DNA of 64,000 bases from an uncultured Ignavibacteriota bacterium (GCA_903884005.1 CAISDA010000040.1:1539-65538); one strand, 5' to 3'. Counted from the first letter of the stretch, positions 29,942-41,057 are shown. Numbers and translations are program-made. Notes: generated by a model from the letters alone, not told the origin.

Positions 29942-30259
29942 TCGCGATCGCTTTTAAATAAACGCATCGCAGGCGAACAGACTGCGCTCCCTGGTATTTC
30001 GCAGAAACCAGCACCGCTTTGCTCGAACGGGCGAGAAAACTTTTTTGCCCTGCTATGAAAATACTCGGCGGCATATGTGGTGCGTGTAGGGTGAGCTGTT
30101 AGCTCGCCCATGCTTCACCTTTTTAACTGTAGCGAGCTGTTAGCTCGTCCCTGGTAAAATAACATTTCGCCCTATATTCCATTAATGACGTAACGACTGA
30201 ATTTGCACAGATGAACCACAAAGAGCCGAACTATTCGCGCTCTACACCATCGGAAAATT

Positions 30260-32503
30260 ATGAACCAGGAACCCGAAGTAACACTCGCAAGCGCGCTTCA
30301 CCATGGATTAACTGAAGCAGAATATAACCGTGTGCTGGACATTCTGGGACGCACTCCGTCCTTCACCGAACTCGGCATTTACAGTGTGATGTGGAGCGAA
30401 CATTGTTCCTATAAAAATTCCATTGCACAGTTGAAGACGCTGCCCCGAACGGGAAAAAAATTGCTCGTCGGTGCGGGCGAAGAGAACGCCGGCCTGGTGG
30501 ATATTGGCGACGGACTTGCCGTTGCATTCAAGATTGAAAGTCACAATCATCCCTCCGCTGTCGAACCGTATCAAGGAGCGGCCACGGGTATCGGAGGCAT
30601 CATGCGCGATATATTCACGATGGGCGCGCGGCCGATAGCCGGACTGAACTCGCTGCGCTTCGGCAGCCTCGATGCCATGCGCACCCGATGGCTCTTTAAG
30701 GGGATCGTGAAGGGGATAGGCGATTATGGGAACAGTTTCGGAGTGCCGACTGTGGCCGGTGAGGTCTATTTCGATCCCTGTTATCAGACGAACCCACTCG
30801 TGAATGCGATGTCTGTCGGCATCGTGCAGCACTCGAAGGTCGCCTCGGCCATTGCCAAGGGTGAAGGGAATACGGTGATGATTGTCGGCGCCTCAACCGG
30901 ACGCGACGGCATACACGGCGCCACGTTTGCCTCCGAGGAAATTTCTGAGAAGTCCGAAGCGAAGCGACCGAGCGTGCAGGTCGGCGACCCGTTCACCGAA
31001 AAACTGCTGCTGGAAGCGACGCTTGAGGTGATTCACGGAGATCTGCTCGTTGGCATACAGGACATGGGTGCGGCGGGCATCACCTGCTCCACAATGGAGA
31101 TGAGCGCGAAGGGAAATTCGGGCATGGTCATAGACCTGGACAAGGTGCCGGTGCGCGAATCAGGCATGAGCGCCTACGAAATCATGCTGTCCGAATCGCA
31201 GGAACGCATGCTCCTGGTCTCCAAGCCGGGTATGGAAGAGAAGATCAGGGAAGTCTTCGCAAAATGGGACCTCCATTGCGTGGCCATCGGCACCGTCACA
31301 AACGACGGGATCGTCAGGATCTATCATCACGGAGTGCTGAAGGCGGAGGTTCCGGCAGAGACCTTGGTGCTCGGCGGTGGTGCTCCAATATACATCCGGG
31401 AAACATTGGAACCGGTATATTTACAAGCAGTACGGTCTATTGATGTAAAGTTAATTCCTGAACCTACTGAGTACGGCGCCGCCATTGACGCGCTATTGCG
31501 TTCGCCGAATATTGCGAGCAAACGCTGGGTCTACGAACAATACGATTCAATGGTGAGGACGAACACGATTGCGTATCAGGGATGCGACGCGGCCATTGTG
31601 AAGATCAAGGACACTGAAAAATATTTGTCCATGAAAACCGATTGCAACGGCCGCTATGTGTACCTTAATCCGCGAAAGGGTGCAATGATCGCCGTGGCAG
31701 AGTCGGCCCGGAATGTCGTGTGTTCGGGTGGAACACCGCTGGCGATCACCAATTGCCTGAATTTTGGCAATCCCTATAAGCCTGAGATGTACTGGCAGTT
31801 CAGTGAAGCCGTAGCCGGTGTCGGAGAAGCCTGCCGCGTGCTCGATACGCCGGTAACAGGCGGCAATGTGAGCTTCTACAATGAAAGTCCCACGGCGGCC
31901 GTGTATCCGACGCCGGTGATCGGCATGGTCGGATTGATCGAAAACAGGAAATTCATTACACCGTCAGCATTCCAGTCGGCTGGAGACGATATAGTGCTCT
32001 TGGGCACCAATCGTGGTGATATCAATGGGAGTGAATATGTGTCCGCGTTGCACGGCATATGCGGTGCCGATGCGCCGTATTTTGACATCCAGGAGGAAAA
32101 AAGGCTCCACGAGTGCACTCTGGAATTGATCCATGCCGGATTGATCCGTTCTGCGCATGATGTGTCAGACGGCGGCATCATTGTCACGCTCATCGAATCC
32201 GCGACGTGCGGCGTGGAGTGCACGGGATTCTCGGTAGAAGTGCGAAACGGCATGCGCATGGACCATGTATTGTTCGGAGAAGAACAATCCAGGATAGTCG
32301 TATCGGCCCAGAGATCGAAGCGTGAGACAATCATGGACGTCTGCACGAGGCACGGCGTGCCGGCTGCGGTCATCGGCAGCGTCACAAACGATGCAACGGG
32401 ACATATACAAGAGTGTGTGACGATAGACCTGCATGCGGCAAAGAACATCATGAGTGTGGCGATCGGCGAAAGAATGGAAGAAGTGGTCAGCGCAATTCTC
32501 TAA
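30260..32503 (+). CDS. purL: Phosphoribosylformylglycinamidine synthase subunit PurL (small type)
   Basis: 747 aa with duplicated AIR-synthase-like domains. purS and purQ are encoded elsewhere in the window. Confidence 0.95.
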   Translation: MNQEPEVTLASALHHGLTEAEYNRVLDILGRTPSFTELGIYSVMWSEHCSYKNSIAQLKTLPRTGKKLLVGAGEENAGLVDIGDGLAVAFKIESHNHPSAVEPYQGAATGIGGIMRDIFTMGARPIAGLNSLRFGSLDAMRTRWLFKGIVKGIGDYGNSFGVPTVAGEVYFDPCYQTNPLVNAMSVGIVQHSKVASAIAKGEGNTVMIVGASTGRDGIHGATFASEEISEKSEAKRPSVQVGDPFTEKLLLEATLEVIHGDLLVGIQDMGAAGITCSTMEMSAKGNSGMVIDLDKVPVRESGMSAYEIMLSESQERMLLVSKPGMEEKIREVFAKWDLHCVAIGTVTNDGIVRIYHHGVLKAEVPAETLVLGGGAPIYIRETLEPVYLQAVRSIDVKLIPEPTEYGAAIDALLRSPNIASKRWVYEQYDSMVRTNTIAYQGCDAAIVKIKDTEKYLSMKTDCNGRYVYLNPRKGAMIAVAESARNVVCSGGTPLAITNCLNFGNPYKPEMYWQFSEAVAGVGEACRVLDTPVTGGNVSFYNESPTAAVYPTPVIGMVGLIENRKFITPSAFQSAGDDIVLLGTNRGDINGSEYVSALHGICGADAPYFDIQEEKRLHECTLELIHAGLIRSAHDVSDGGIIVTLIESATCGVECTGFSVEVRNGMRMDHVLFGEEQSRIVVSAQRSKRETIMDVCTRHGVPAAVIGSVTNDATGHIQECVTIDLHAAKNIMSVAIGERMEEVVSAIL

Positions 32504-32745
32504 GATCGGTGTATCGAAGCATTGTAGCGTGCATGAACCGGCGTACACCACGCCGGATGAAATTTGCGATTTTACGCTAATTTGGGGTCGTGTTATTCTA
32601 TTTTCATAGCAGGGCGAAATGTTATAGTCTCTGTTCGTTATTGAAGAGGGCAGTACGTTCGTCAGCGCTGCGAGTTTCGCTAGTGATATTCAGGGCGCAC
32701 TTGTATCCTACTTAACATAACATATATTATATCGGATTCAACGAA

Positions 32746-32822
32746 ATGCTGAAAAACACTCTGCGCGCCAACCGGATGCAATGCTGAATGCTGAAAAACA
32801 CTCTGCGCGCCAACCGGATGCA
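32746..32822. repeat. Perfect tandem duplication of a 35-bp block, period 42 bp, x2
   Basis: atgctgaaaaacactctgcgcgccaaccggatgca occurs at 32746-32780 and again at 32788-32822, separated by atgctga. Confidence 0.7.
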
Positions 32823-32839
32823 CTGCTGAAATCATCCGA

Positions 32840-33712
32840 TCAATTCCGTGCGACGATCGCGTCACGCTCCGCATCGTACACGATCGTTCCCTCATACACA
32901 ATCTCCGCGCCGCCTTCGAGCGACACATGACTGATATGTCCGCTTCCATCATCCGTAAAATCGATGTGCAGCAATTCTCCGCTCCGTACACGCACCGATA
33001 CCGGCGGCACTGTCTGCTTCACGAAATGCGCTACGATCGACGACGCTACCGATCCCGTCCCGCATGCCAGCGTTTCTTCTTCAACGCCGCGTTCGTATGT
33101 CCGCTGCACCAGGCTGTTGTGCGACTCGGCCTGAACGAAATTGACGTTTGTTCCGACGGGCGCAAATGCCTCGTGATGCCTGAGCGTGCGGCCGAGCTTC
33201 GTGATATCCGCTTCTTCGAACGGCGCTCCAAGCAACTCCGGATTCTCGTCCATAAAAATGACGCAATGAGGCGTGCCTGTATCCGCATAATGATACAGAA
33301 TCGGTTTTCCTTCCACACTCAACGTCTTGCCAAGTTGCACGTCAACCGGATCCTTCATCGATAACACCACGGTCCCGTCCACAATATCCGCACGATACCG
33401 GTACCCCAGCGCCTCAAAATGCATGACGCGTCCTGTTACAATGTGCGTCCGAAATGCGAACATGGCGATGCATCTGCCGCCGTTGCCGCACATGCCGCCG
33501 TAGGATCCGTCTGCATTGTAATACTTCATGGCGAAGTCTGCGTCCGCACTCTTTTCAACCAGCAACAACCCGTCCGCACCAATGCCCAAACGGCGGTCGC
33601 AGAGTCTCTGCGCGGCTGCCGACGCATGGATCACAAAGTCCTGCCGATTGTCGATGACCACAAAGTCGTTGCCGGCTCCGCTCATTTTCGCAAACGTGAT
33701 ATATTGAACCAT
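32840..33712 (-). CDS. dapF: Diaminopimelate epimerase
   Basis: N-terminus FAKMSGAGNDFVVID and the two active-site Cys regions; 290 aa. Confidence 0.9.
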   Translation of the reverse strand: MVQYITFAKMSGAGNDFVVIDNRQDFVIHASAAAQRLCDRRLGIGADGLLLVEKSADADFAMKYYNADGSYGGMCGNGGRCIAMFAFRTHIVTGRVMHFEALGYRYRADIVDGTVVLSMKDPVDVQLGKTLSVEGKPILYHYADTGTPHCVIFMDENPELLGAPFEEADITKLGRTLRHHEAFAPVGTNVNFVQAESHNSLVQRTYERGVEEETLACGTGSVASSIVAHFVKQTVPPVSVRVRSGELLHIDFTDDGSGHISHVSLEGGAEIVYEGTIVYDAERDAIVARN

Positions 33713-33731
33713 AGACGGTGTCTGTGTGTAG

Positions 33732-34283
33732 TTAATGAAGGACAGGCGTGTGCATCAGGAGTTTCCGTGCCATCGCCAGCGCCGCCAGCGTCATCCCATC
33801 CCAAATTTGATTCGATGCCACCATCGCATCGATGTCGTCGAGCGACCTCGAGAGCACTTCAAATTCTTCTGTGCTGTCGCATGACGCTGATACCGGACGC
33901 AAATCGCGCGCCACATAGATGTCGCACATTTCATTGGTGACGCCATTAAAAGGATTGAACGCGCCCAGGTAACTCAATGATCCGCATGTAATTCCGGTTT
34001 CTTCTTCAAGTTCTATCTTGGCCATTGCCTCGGATGTTGTCCCCGATTTCACGCCGCCGCACGGCAGTTCAATGCTCTCCTTGTCGCAGAGAAACCGGTA
34101 CTGGTTCACCAGTATGATGTTGCCGTTCTCCTCGATCGGAATGATCATGCATGAGCCGTTCGTATGGACGTAGTGATACTCTCCACTGATGCCGTCGGGG
34201 ATCCGGAACGTGTCCAGTTTGTACGTCCACCAGGGATTACGGTGAACTATTGTTGTCGTCAGCTGTTTCCAATGCCGGAGCAT
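33732..34283 (-). CDS. NUDIX hydrolase
   Basis: Nudix box GGVKSGTTSEAMAKIELEEETGI. Start trimmed to MLRHWKQ with an AGGA RBS. Confidence 0.8.
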   Translation of the reverse strand: MLRHWKQLTTTIVHRNPWWTYKLDTFRIPDGISGEYHYVHTNGSCMIIPIEENGNIILVNQYRFLCDKESIELPCGGVKSGTTSEAMAKIELEEETGITCGSLSYLGAFNPFNGVTNEMCDIYVARDLRPVSASCDSTEEFEVLSRSLDDIDAMVASNQIWDGMTLAALAMARKLLMHTPVLH

Positions 34284-34400
34284 GAGATCCTTTTTTTTAT
34301 TGACACTCGTTAACGAATAGTACAAAAAAAATGCAGAGGAACAAAATTCCTCTGCATGTATTTTTATTCCGCGTTCCTGTGCGGGCCATGTCCTGCTCGG

Positions 34401-34820
34401 TCAGAGCAATTCAGTCTGAGCAAAGAAATAGGATACTTCAATGATCCCGTTCTCCGCCGAATCGGAACCGTGCACGATGTTTTCTCCCTTGTTGTCTGCA
34501 AAGTCCTTCCTGATCGTGCCTGGTGCGGCATCCTTCGGGTCGGTTGCGCCGATGAGCGTCCGATAATCGGCCACGGCATTGTCTTTTTCCAACGCCACCG
34601 GCACGCACGCCCCGGATGTCATGAACTCGACGAGTCCGTCGAAGAACGGCCTGCCCTTATGAACGGCATAAAATCCCTCCGCCATCGCTTTCGTCATGTT
34701 GATCTGTTTCATGCCCACAACGGTGAAGCCCGCTTGTTGTATGCGTGCGAGAACTTCGCCTTGCAGATTTTTTCGGACACAGTCCGGTTTCATGATGCAT
34801 AATGTTCGTTCAAGAGCCAT
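34401..34820 (-). CDS. ndk: Nucleoside diphosphate kinase
   Basis: [14 protein letters not shown]-terminus and active-site His region (NIVHGSDS); 139 aa. Confidence 0.9.
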   Translation of the reverse strand: MALERTLCIMKPDCVRKNLQGEVLARIQQAGFTVVGMKQINMTKAMAEGFYAVHKGRPFFDGLVEFMTSGACVPVALEKDNAVADYRTLIGATDPKDAAPGTIRKDFADNKGENIVHGSDSAENGIIEVSYFFAQTELL

Positions 34821-35018
34821 GAGTCTATCGTTTCCTTTGGCGGACACAGCGCGCGGTATGCGCGAGTGCCCATGGTGAATGATGGATAAATTAGTTGACC
34901 TCAGTGCGTATACACACTGGTCAATCATGGCAGCATACGATATGCACCATCATCGACGCAATGCAGTGCGAAACGTCATATCATCCTGCAATTTTTTGGT
35001 GAGGTACGTATGATACAA

Positions 35019-36116
35019 TTATTTTTTCTTCTTCACAGCCGCCGATTTGTTCCCGGCTTTGGCTGCGGTCTTCTTTTTCGGCGCGACCGCTTTTTTCGAC
35101 ACCGGTGCCGTTTGTGCCTTGACCGGTTTTTTCTTCGAAACGGGTTTTGGCTTCACTGCCGCCTTCGGTTTCGCTTTGACTGCCCTGGCAACGCTCACCG
35201 ATACTTTTCGCTTGTACATTTTGGCGAGCGCCTTCTGCATCGTATCGCCGAGTTCGGCCGGACTCTCGCACACATGAATGCCGGCGTCGCGCATGGCTTC
35301 CATTTTTTCGGCCGCTGTCCCCTTCCCTCCTGAAATAATTGCCCCTGCATGGCCCATGCGGCGTCCGGCCGGTGCGGTGCGCCCGGCAATGAATCCGACC
35401 ACGGGCTTCTTCACGTGCTTCCGTATATAGTCTGCGGCTTCTTCCTCGGCCGTGCCACCGATCTCGCCGATCATGATGATGCCGTCCGTTTTATCGTCGG
35501 CATTATAGAGCGCCAGCGCATCGACGAACCGCGTGCCGATGATCGGATCTCCGCCAATGCCTATGCAGGTGGATTGGCCAATGCCCCGTTCCGTCAGCTG
35601 CCACACCGATTCGTACGTCAGCGTGCCGCTGCGCGAAATGACCCCGACGTGCCCCGGTTTGTGTATGAATGCGGGCATGATGCCGATCTTGCATTCCCCG
35701 GGCGTGATGATGCCCGGACAATTCGGCCCGATCAAACGAACGCCTTTGCGCTGTATAAAATCGTAAGCCGTCACCATGTCTTTGACGGGAATGCCCTCGG
35801 TGATGCAGACAATCAGTGTGATGCCCGCGTCGGCTGCTTCCATGATCGCGTCTGCGGCGAAAGCGGCGGGGACGAAAATGATCGATGTGTCCGCTGCCTG
35901 TGCTCTGACCGCGTCGGAGACGGTATTGAACACCGGAACGGCCAACGGAAACGCATCTCTCTCGTTCCCTTTATAGGACGTGCCGCCTTTGCCCGGAGTC
36001 ACCCCGGCCACGACGTTGGTCCCGTACTGCAGCATTTGCGATGTGTGGAATGTGCCTTCGCCGCCGGTGAGTCCCTGCACCACAAGCCGTGTTTTTTTAT
36101 TTACGAGTATGCTCAT
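35019..36116 (-). CDS. sucD: Succinate--CoA ligase [ADP-forming] subunit alpha with C-terminal Lys/Ala/Pro-rich histone-H1-like extension
   Basis: CoA-binding N-terminus ([12 protein letters not shown]), phospho-His region ([19 protein letters not shown]). A roughly 70-aa tail ([50 protein letters not shown]) is in frame. Confidence 0.88.
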   Translation of the reverse strand: MSILVNKKTRLVVQGLTGGEGTFHTSQMLQYGTNVVAGVTPGKGGTSYKGNERDAFPLAVPVFNTVSDAVRAQAADTSIIFVPAAFAADAIMEAADAGITLIVCITEGIPVKDMVTAYDFIQRKGVRLIGPNCPGIITPGECKIGIMPAFIHKPGHVGVISRSGTLTYESVWQLTERGIGQSTCIGIGGDPIIGTRFVDALALYNADDKTDGIIMIGEIGGTAEEEAADYIRKHVKKPVVGFIAGRTAPAGRRMGHAGAIISGGKGTAAEKMEAMRDAGIHVCESPAELGDTMQKALAKMYKRKVSVSVARAVKAKPKAAVKPKPVSKKKPVKAQTAPVSKKAVAPKKKTAAKAGNKSAAVKKKK

Positions 36117-36195
36117 ATTGTGGAGGATTTTGTGTGAATGAATACGAACGTCAATTGTTGTCAGCGTGAATACGTCGCGGATACGCGACGGTGTC

Positions 36196-37623
36196 TCATG
36201 AGTGGGTCCGTTCCAGAAAGTCGGCGATATTCAGGAGCGTCGACTCGTCGAATTGTTTTCCCAGGAGCTGGAGGCCGATCGGCAGTCCCTGTGCATCGAC
36301 GCCGGCGGGCACGCTGATGCCCGGGATTCCTGCAAGGTTGGCCGAGACGGTGTAGATGTCGCTGAGGTACATCTGCAGCGGGTCGCTCATTTTTTCGCCG
36401 AGTTTGAATGCCGTCGTCGGCGAGATCGGCGTGAGCAGACAATCGACCTTCGTGAATGCTTCGAAGAAATCGTTTTGTATGAGGCGGCGGACCCGCTGTG
36501 CTTTTTTATAGTATGCGTCATAGTACCCGGCGGACAGCACGTACGTCCCGAGCATGATGCGGCGCTTCACTTCGGCGCCGAAGCCCTCGCTGCGCGATTT
36601 CGTGTACATCTCTGTCAAATCCTTCGCACCGTCGGCGCGGAATCCATATCGGGCTCCGTCGAAGCGTGCAAGGTTCGACGACGCTTCGGCCGTCGCCAGT
36701 ATGTAATACGCGGCAATGGTGTATTCGGAATGCGGCAGCGACACCTCGATGATCTCCGCGCCGTGCGCCTCGAGTATCACGATCTTCGTTTCGAGCGCTC
36801 GGCGGATCTCGGCCGAGAGCGCGTCGTTGAAATATTCTTTCGGTACACCGATCTTTACCCCGTCCACGCTCCCCGTGATCGCCGCCAGGTAGTCCGGCAC
36901 CGGAACGCGTGCCGAGGTTGAATCCCGTTCGTCATGTCCTGCGATCACCTGCAGCACGCGCGCGCAATCGCGCACGGTCTGGGCGAACGGACCGATCTGG
37001 TCGAACGACGACGCGTAGGCGACGAGTCCATACCGGGACACGCGTCCGTACGTCGGTTTCATGCCGACGATTCCGCACAGTCCCGCAGGCTGACGGATCG
37101 ATCCGCCTGTGTCGCTGCCGAGCGATGTTGTCGCCATGCCGGCGGCAACCGCCACGCACGATCCGCCGCTGGAACCGCCGGGCACGCGCGTTTCATCCAG
37201 GGGGTGTTTCACCGGACCATACGCCGAATTTTCATTCGACGAACCCATGGCGAATTCATCCATATTCGTCTTGCCGATAATGACGGCATCGGCGTCGCGC
37301 AATTTTTCAATCACCGCGGCATCATAGACAGCCTCGTGGTGCTCGAGTATCTTCGAGCCGCACGTGGTGATCGTGCCTTTCATGCAGAGCACATCCTTCA
37401 CCGCCATGACCATGCCCGCAAGCGGACCGGCCGTGCCGGCTGCAATTTTTACGTCGATCGCCCTTGCCTGCTCATGCGCTTCAGATCCGAAGACGCAGAG
37501 AAATGCGTTCAGCGTCTGCCGTTCGGCAAGCACTGAGAGATAGGCACCGACGCGCGCTTCGCATGTTTCCTCTCCGGAAGAGAGTTTAGAGCGGTACGTG
37601 TCGAACGGTTCGCGTGTGTTCAT
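36196..37623 (-). CDS. gatA: Glutamyl-tRNA(Gln)/aspartyl-tRNA(Asn) amidotransferase subunit A
   Basis: Amidase signature (GGSSGGS...), 475 aa. Confidence 0.9.
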   Translation of the reverse strand: MNTREPFDTYRSKLSSGEETCEARVGAYLSVLAERQTLNAFLCVFGSEAHEQARAIDVKIAAGTAGPLAGMVMAVKDVLCMKGTITTCGSKILEHHEAVYDAAVIEKLRDADAVIIGKTNMDEFAMGSSNENSAYGPVKHPLDETRVPGGSSGGSCVAVAAGMATTSLGSDTGGSIRQPAGLCGIVGMKPTYGRVSRYGLVAYASSFDQIGPFAQTVRDCARVLQVIAGHDERDSTSARVPVPDYLAAITGSVDGVKIGVPKEYFNDALSAEIRRALETKIVILEAHGAEIIEVSLPHSEYTIAAYYILATAEASSNLARFDGARYGFRADGAKDLTEMYTKSRSEGFGAEVKRRIMLGTYVLSAGYYDAYYKKAQRVRRLIQNDFFEAFTKVDCLLTPISPTTAFKLGEKMSDPLQMYLSDIYTVSANLAGIPGISVPAGVDAQGLPIGLQLLGKQFDESTLLNIADFLERTHS

Positions 37624-37934
37624 TCGGTTGCGGAAGATTGGTTCTCGTGCGGCAGCGGATTGGCCGTTTGTACTTGTGCGCCATACGGCAACGTCTCGGC
37701 CGTAACGGATTGTGTCTTGTGAGGCGGCGGTTCGGGCCGCGCGATCGTCTGGTCGTCGACCGGCATGTGCGTCATCTTGGTGATTTCGCCCTGCACCTCG
37801 TTCATCGCCTTCTTGAATTCACGCACTCCCCGGCCGATCCCATTCATGAGCTCGGGAATTTTTTTCGGTCCGAAAAAAACGATGAACACGACGGCGATCA
37901 GGGTTATTTCCTGGAACCCAAGGTTCTCAAACAT
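37620..37934 (-). CDS. tatA: Twin-arginine translocase TatA/E family protein (paralog 2)
   Basis: N-terminal TM helix plus amphipathic helix (FGPKKIPELMNGIGRGVREFKKA) and a Pro/Gln-rich tail. Confidence 0.8.
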   Translation of the reverse strand: MFENLGFQEITLIAVVFIVFFGPKKIPELMNGIGRGVREFKKAMNEVQGEITKMTHMPVDDQTIARPEPPPHKTQSVTAETLPYGAQVQTANPLPHENQSSATE

Positions 37935-37935
37935 G

Positions 37936-38205
37936 TTATTTGTTCTCTTCGAGTTTTTTGCGCAGTTCCTGCTCGCGTTTGATCAGCTCGAGTTCGCGCT
38001 TGTCCAGATTCCGCTCGCGTTCGGTGTCCGTGGAGGTCGTCGCAGAATCGTTCTCGATGTCGGTCTGAACGTCCTTGATCCCTTTGCGGAATTCCTTGAT
38101 GCCCTTGCCGAGTCCCTGCGCCATCTCCGGTATTTTTTTCGCGCCGAAGAAGATCAAAAAAACAACGACGATTAAAATTAATTCAGGTGTGCCTAATCCC
38201 ATCAT
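37936..38205 (-). CDS. tatA: Twin-arginine translocase TatA/TatB family protein (paralog 1)
   Basis: [23 protein letters not shown] motif and a charged coiled-coil tail. Confidence 0.8.
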   Translation of the reverse strand: MMGLGTPELILIVVVFLIFFGAKKIPEMAQGLGKGIKEFRKGIKDVQTDIENDSATTSTDTERERNLDKRELELIKREQELRKKLEENK

Positions 38206-38216
38206 TGCCGTATCCT

Positions 38217-38936
38217 TTATGAACTGTGATGAAGAACATTATTGATGATCGATGTAAAAATGGTCCGTCCGTCCGTCGAGCCGAGTTCGGACTCCACTGC
38301 CCGTTCCGGGTGAGGCATCATGCCGAGCACATTGCCCTGTTTGTTCACGATCCCCGCTATATTCAACAGCGAGCCGTTTGGATTCGTTTCGTCGGTCGTG
38401 TTCCCATGCTCGTCGCTGTAGCGGAACACGATCTGACCGTTGTCGCAGAGTTCGGCAAGCGTGTCGTCGTCGGCAAAATAATTCCCCTCCCCGTGCGCGA
38501 TCGGTATCTTCAGCAGACCGCCCGGCGTACAGGCGCTCGTGAAGCGCGTGTGCGCGTTCTCCACCTTCAGCGTGACATATTTGCAGATGAACTTGAGCGA
38601 ACGGTTCCGGAGCATCGCTCCCGGCAGCAAACCCGCCTCGAGAAGGATCTGGAAGCCGTTGCATATGCCGATCACCGTTCCGCCTGCTTCCGCAAACTTG
38701 ACGACCTCGCGCATGACCGGAGAGAAACGCGCGATCGCCCCTGTGCGGAGATAATCGCCGTACGAAAATCCGCCCGGCAGGATCACCGCATCCACATCGC
38801 CAAGCGTGGTATTTTTGTGCCAGATAAATTCCGCGTCCTGCTGCATCACGTGCTTGAGCGCATGATACGCATCATGGTCGCAATTGGATCCGGGAAATAC
38901 CACAACGCCGAATTTTTTCACCGATTCTCGTCCCAT
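38217..38936 (-). CDS. purQ: Phosphoribosylformylglycinamidine synthase subunit PurQ (glutaminase)
   Basis: [17 protein letters not shown]-terminus and a class I glutamine amidotransferase triad. Start set just after the purS stop. Confidence 0.85.
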   Translation of the reverse strand: MGRESVKKFGVVVFPGSNCDHDAYHALKHVMQQDAEFIWHKNTTLGDVDAVILPGGFSYGDYLRTGAIARFSPVMREVVKFAEAGGTVIGICNGFQILLEAGLLPGAMLRNRSLKFICKYVTLKVENAHTRFTSACTPGGLLKIPIAHGEGNYFADDDTLAELCDNGQIVFRYSDEHGNTTDETNPNGSLLNIAGIVNKQGNVLGMMPHPERAVESELGSTDGRTIFTSIINNVLHHSS

Positions 38937-38944
38937 GAGCGTGA

Positions 38945-39193
38945 TCAGACCTTTGCCACTGTGTATGAATAATCCTCCATCACCGAATTGGCAAGTATTT
39001 TCCTGCACGCTTCGTCGGTGATCCGTGCGGCGTCCTCGTCGCTGTGCGCGTCGATCTCGAGCTGCACCTGCTTGCCGATGCGGACGTTCGACACAGTCGT
39101 CATGCCGAGCGAATGGATGCCGTGTTCGACGGCTTTGCCCTGCACATCGAGTATCGATGTGCGCAGTGTGATGATGATCGTTGCCTGATACAC
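38945..39193 (-). CDS. purS: Phosphoribosylformylglycinamidine synthase subunit PurS
   Basis: 82 aa PurS family; immediately upstream of purQ. Confidence 0.85.
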   Translation of the reverse strand: MYQATIIITLRTSILDVQGKAVEHGIHSLGMTTVSNVRIGKQVQLEIDAHSDEDAARITDEACRKILANSVMEDYSYTVAKV

Positions 39194-39290
39194 GAACGCT
39201 CCGGTGATTCTACCCGCCGTACAAGCGGCTGGGTAATGTGATTCGTATAATTTCTTAAATGCCGTGAACTGTAACTACTCGGTGTGCAGT

Positions 39291-39478
39291 AAAATCATTG
39301 TCATCCTGAGGTAAGGCATCTTGACTAAGGTCAAGAATCTTCATGCATATGACATACGTTCTCTGTCATTCTGAGCGCAAGCGAAGAATCGTGCATCGTG
39401 TGAGCAGCCGGCAAGATTCTTCGGTCGCTATGCTCCCTCAAAATGACACGTACTATAGATTATGCTGAGTTGTTGCTG
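39291..39478. repeat. MITE-like dispersed repeat, copy 1 (terminal inverted repeats TGTCATYCTGAGCG...CCCTCARAATGACA)
   Basis: Starts with the same AAAATCATTGTCATCCTGAG as copy 2 at 59289. Contains tgtcattctgagcgcaagcgaagaatc ... gattcttcggtcgctatgctccctcaaaatgaca and ends with gattatgctgagttgttgc, which resembles the end of copy 2. Confidence 0.6.
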
Positions 39479-39483
39479 TGAAC

Positions 39484-40284
39484 TTAGAGGTCGTAGCTCG
39501 TGGCCTCTTCCGTTTCGTCCGCCGCCGGTTCCGCCAGCGTTCCGCCCGTGATCTGCCTGGCGAAGCGCACGCAATACCGCGCGATGCCGAAGAGAATGAA
39601 CGCGCTGAAAAGATAAAAGAGCATGCCGCCCCTGGTCGCGACAATGACAACCGCAGCCGTGGCGTAGACGCCGACCTTCACCGGATGTTTCTTCAGATCC
39701 TTCTTCGAAAACTTGGGCAGCGTGTCGTACTTCACGGTGCTCACCATGAGCAGCGACACGATTACGATCATCGGGGCGAACCATTGCGCCGCGGCGCCCT
39801 CGAGTACCATGCGGCCCGGTGTTCCGTCGATCCCCGGCGCCATGTGCTGCGCGAATGTCAGCACATAGGCGATCACGGCTATGGCGCTCGCCGGTATCGG
39901 GAGTCCGGTGAAATAATCTTTGTCGAACCCGACAAGTTGCACGTTGAACCGCGCAAGGCGGATGCCGCCGAGGATCAGCAGGAGCGAACTGACCAATAGC
40001 CCCCAGGTCTCCCACTGGTGCATGTGCAGCTGGTATGCCATGAAGGCCGGAGCCGCGCCGAACGACACCACATCGGATAACGAATCGATCTCAACGCCGA
40101 ACTGGCTGCTCGTTTTCGTGAGCCTCGCCATGAACCCGTCGAGCGAGTCGAACACACCCGCAAGAATAATGAAGTATGCCGCTTCCTCGAACTTGCCGTT
40201 GCTGGACGACACGATAGATAAAAATCCGCAAAACATGTTCAGCACGGTGAAGAGACTCGGTATGACTGCTCGTGTAATTCTCAT
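39484..40284 (-). CDS. pssA: CDP-diacylglycerol--serine O-phosphatidyltransferase
   Basis: CDP-alcohol phosphatidyltransferase motif (DSLDGFMAR...G...D...D), multiple TM helices. Confidence 0.85.
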   Translation of the reverse strand: MRITRAVIPSLFTVLNMFCGFLSIVSSSNGKFEEAAYFIILAGVFDSLDGFMARLTKTSSQFGVEIDSLSDVVSFGAAPAFMAYQLHMHQWETWGLLVSSLLLILGGIRLARFNVQLVGFDKDYFTGLPIPASAIAVIAYVLTFAQHMAPGIDGTPGRMVLEGAAAQWFAPMIVIVSLLMVSTVKYDTLPKFSKKDLKKHPVKVGVYATAAVVIVATRGGMLFYLFSAFILFGIARYCVRFARQITGGTLAEPAADETEEATSYDL

Positions 40285-40296
40285 GCTATTTTGCTA

Positions 40297-40950
40297 TCAA
40301 TGTACCACTGCCAGAATTGTTTCACCGGCAACGGTTTTTTGTTGGAGGGTTGCGCGGACCGCTGCTGAGGCCGGCACATAAATGTCGACCCGCGACCCGA
40401 ATTTGATCATGCCGAACCGTTTCCCCGCAATCACCTGCTCGCCTTCGGTGAGAGGACACACGATGCGCCTTGCCACGAAGCCCGCGATCTGCTTGAAGAA
40501 GATCCGTGTTCCGTTTGCTGTCTCGATGCCGATGTGCGTCTGTTCGTTCTTCAACGATGCCTTCTCTTCAAAGGCGGCAAAATATTCGCCGGCAATGTGT
40601 CGCACGTAGCGCACCGTTCCCGTGACCGGAATTCTGTTCACATGCACGTTCAGCGGCGACATGAAAATACTGATCTGTGTCGCCTTGCCGTGCATGAAGA
40701 TTGTTTCATCGACTTCGGTAATGCCGATCACGGTGCCGTCTGCTGGAGAGAGGATCTGGGAACTGCCTGGAGGCGATACGCGCTCGGGGTCGCGGAAAAA
40801 ATAGGCGGTGAAAATGAAAAACACACCCGCCGCAGCGATCAGCGTGTATTTCAAAAATAGATGCGAGACAAAAAAATAGGAGCCAAGGATAAGTAGAACG
40901 CACAGCGCCGTTATCGTAACAAAAACATCAAAGCCGTATTCTGTAATCAC
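40297..40950 (-). CDS. psd: Phosphatidylserine decarboxylase proenzyme (short archaeal-type)
   Basis: The self-cleavage FGS motif (KFGSRVD) and Psd fold; 217 aa. Confidence 0.85.
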   Translation of the reverse strand: MITEYGFDVFVTITALCVLLILGSYFFVSHLFLKYTLIAAAGVFFIFTAYFFRDPERVSPPGSSQILSPADGTVIGITEVDETIFMHGKATQISIFMSPLNVHVNRIPVTGTVRYVRHIAGEYFAAFEEKASLKNEQTHIGIETANGTRIFFKQIAGFVARRIVCPLTEGEQVIAGKRFGMIKFGSRVDIYVPASAAVRATLQQKTVAGETILAVVH

Positions 40951-41057
40951 TCGGTGAACTCCGCCCTGCTGTCAAAAAAAATCGCGTGAAATTGTACAAT
41001 TGCCTGAGAATGATACCAAATAATGGGTGCAAAGTCAAGGTGTAGCCGCTCGAGGTA

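Noticed and set aside
30041-30259. ZTP (pfl) or purine riboswitch upstream of purL
   Set aside because: The conserved ZTP pseudoknot elements (GGGTCGTGAC...CCGGG...CGCC) and the purine-riboswitch junction motifs are absent from the purL 5' region. A GGGGTCGTG-like string occurs only downstream of purL, in the wrong place.
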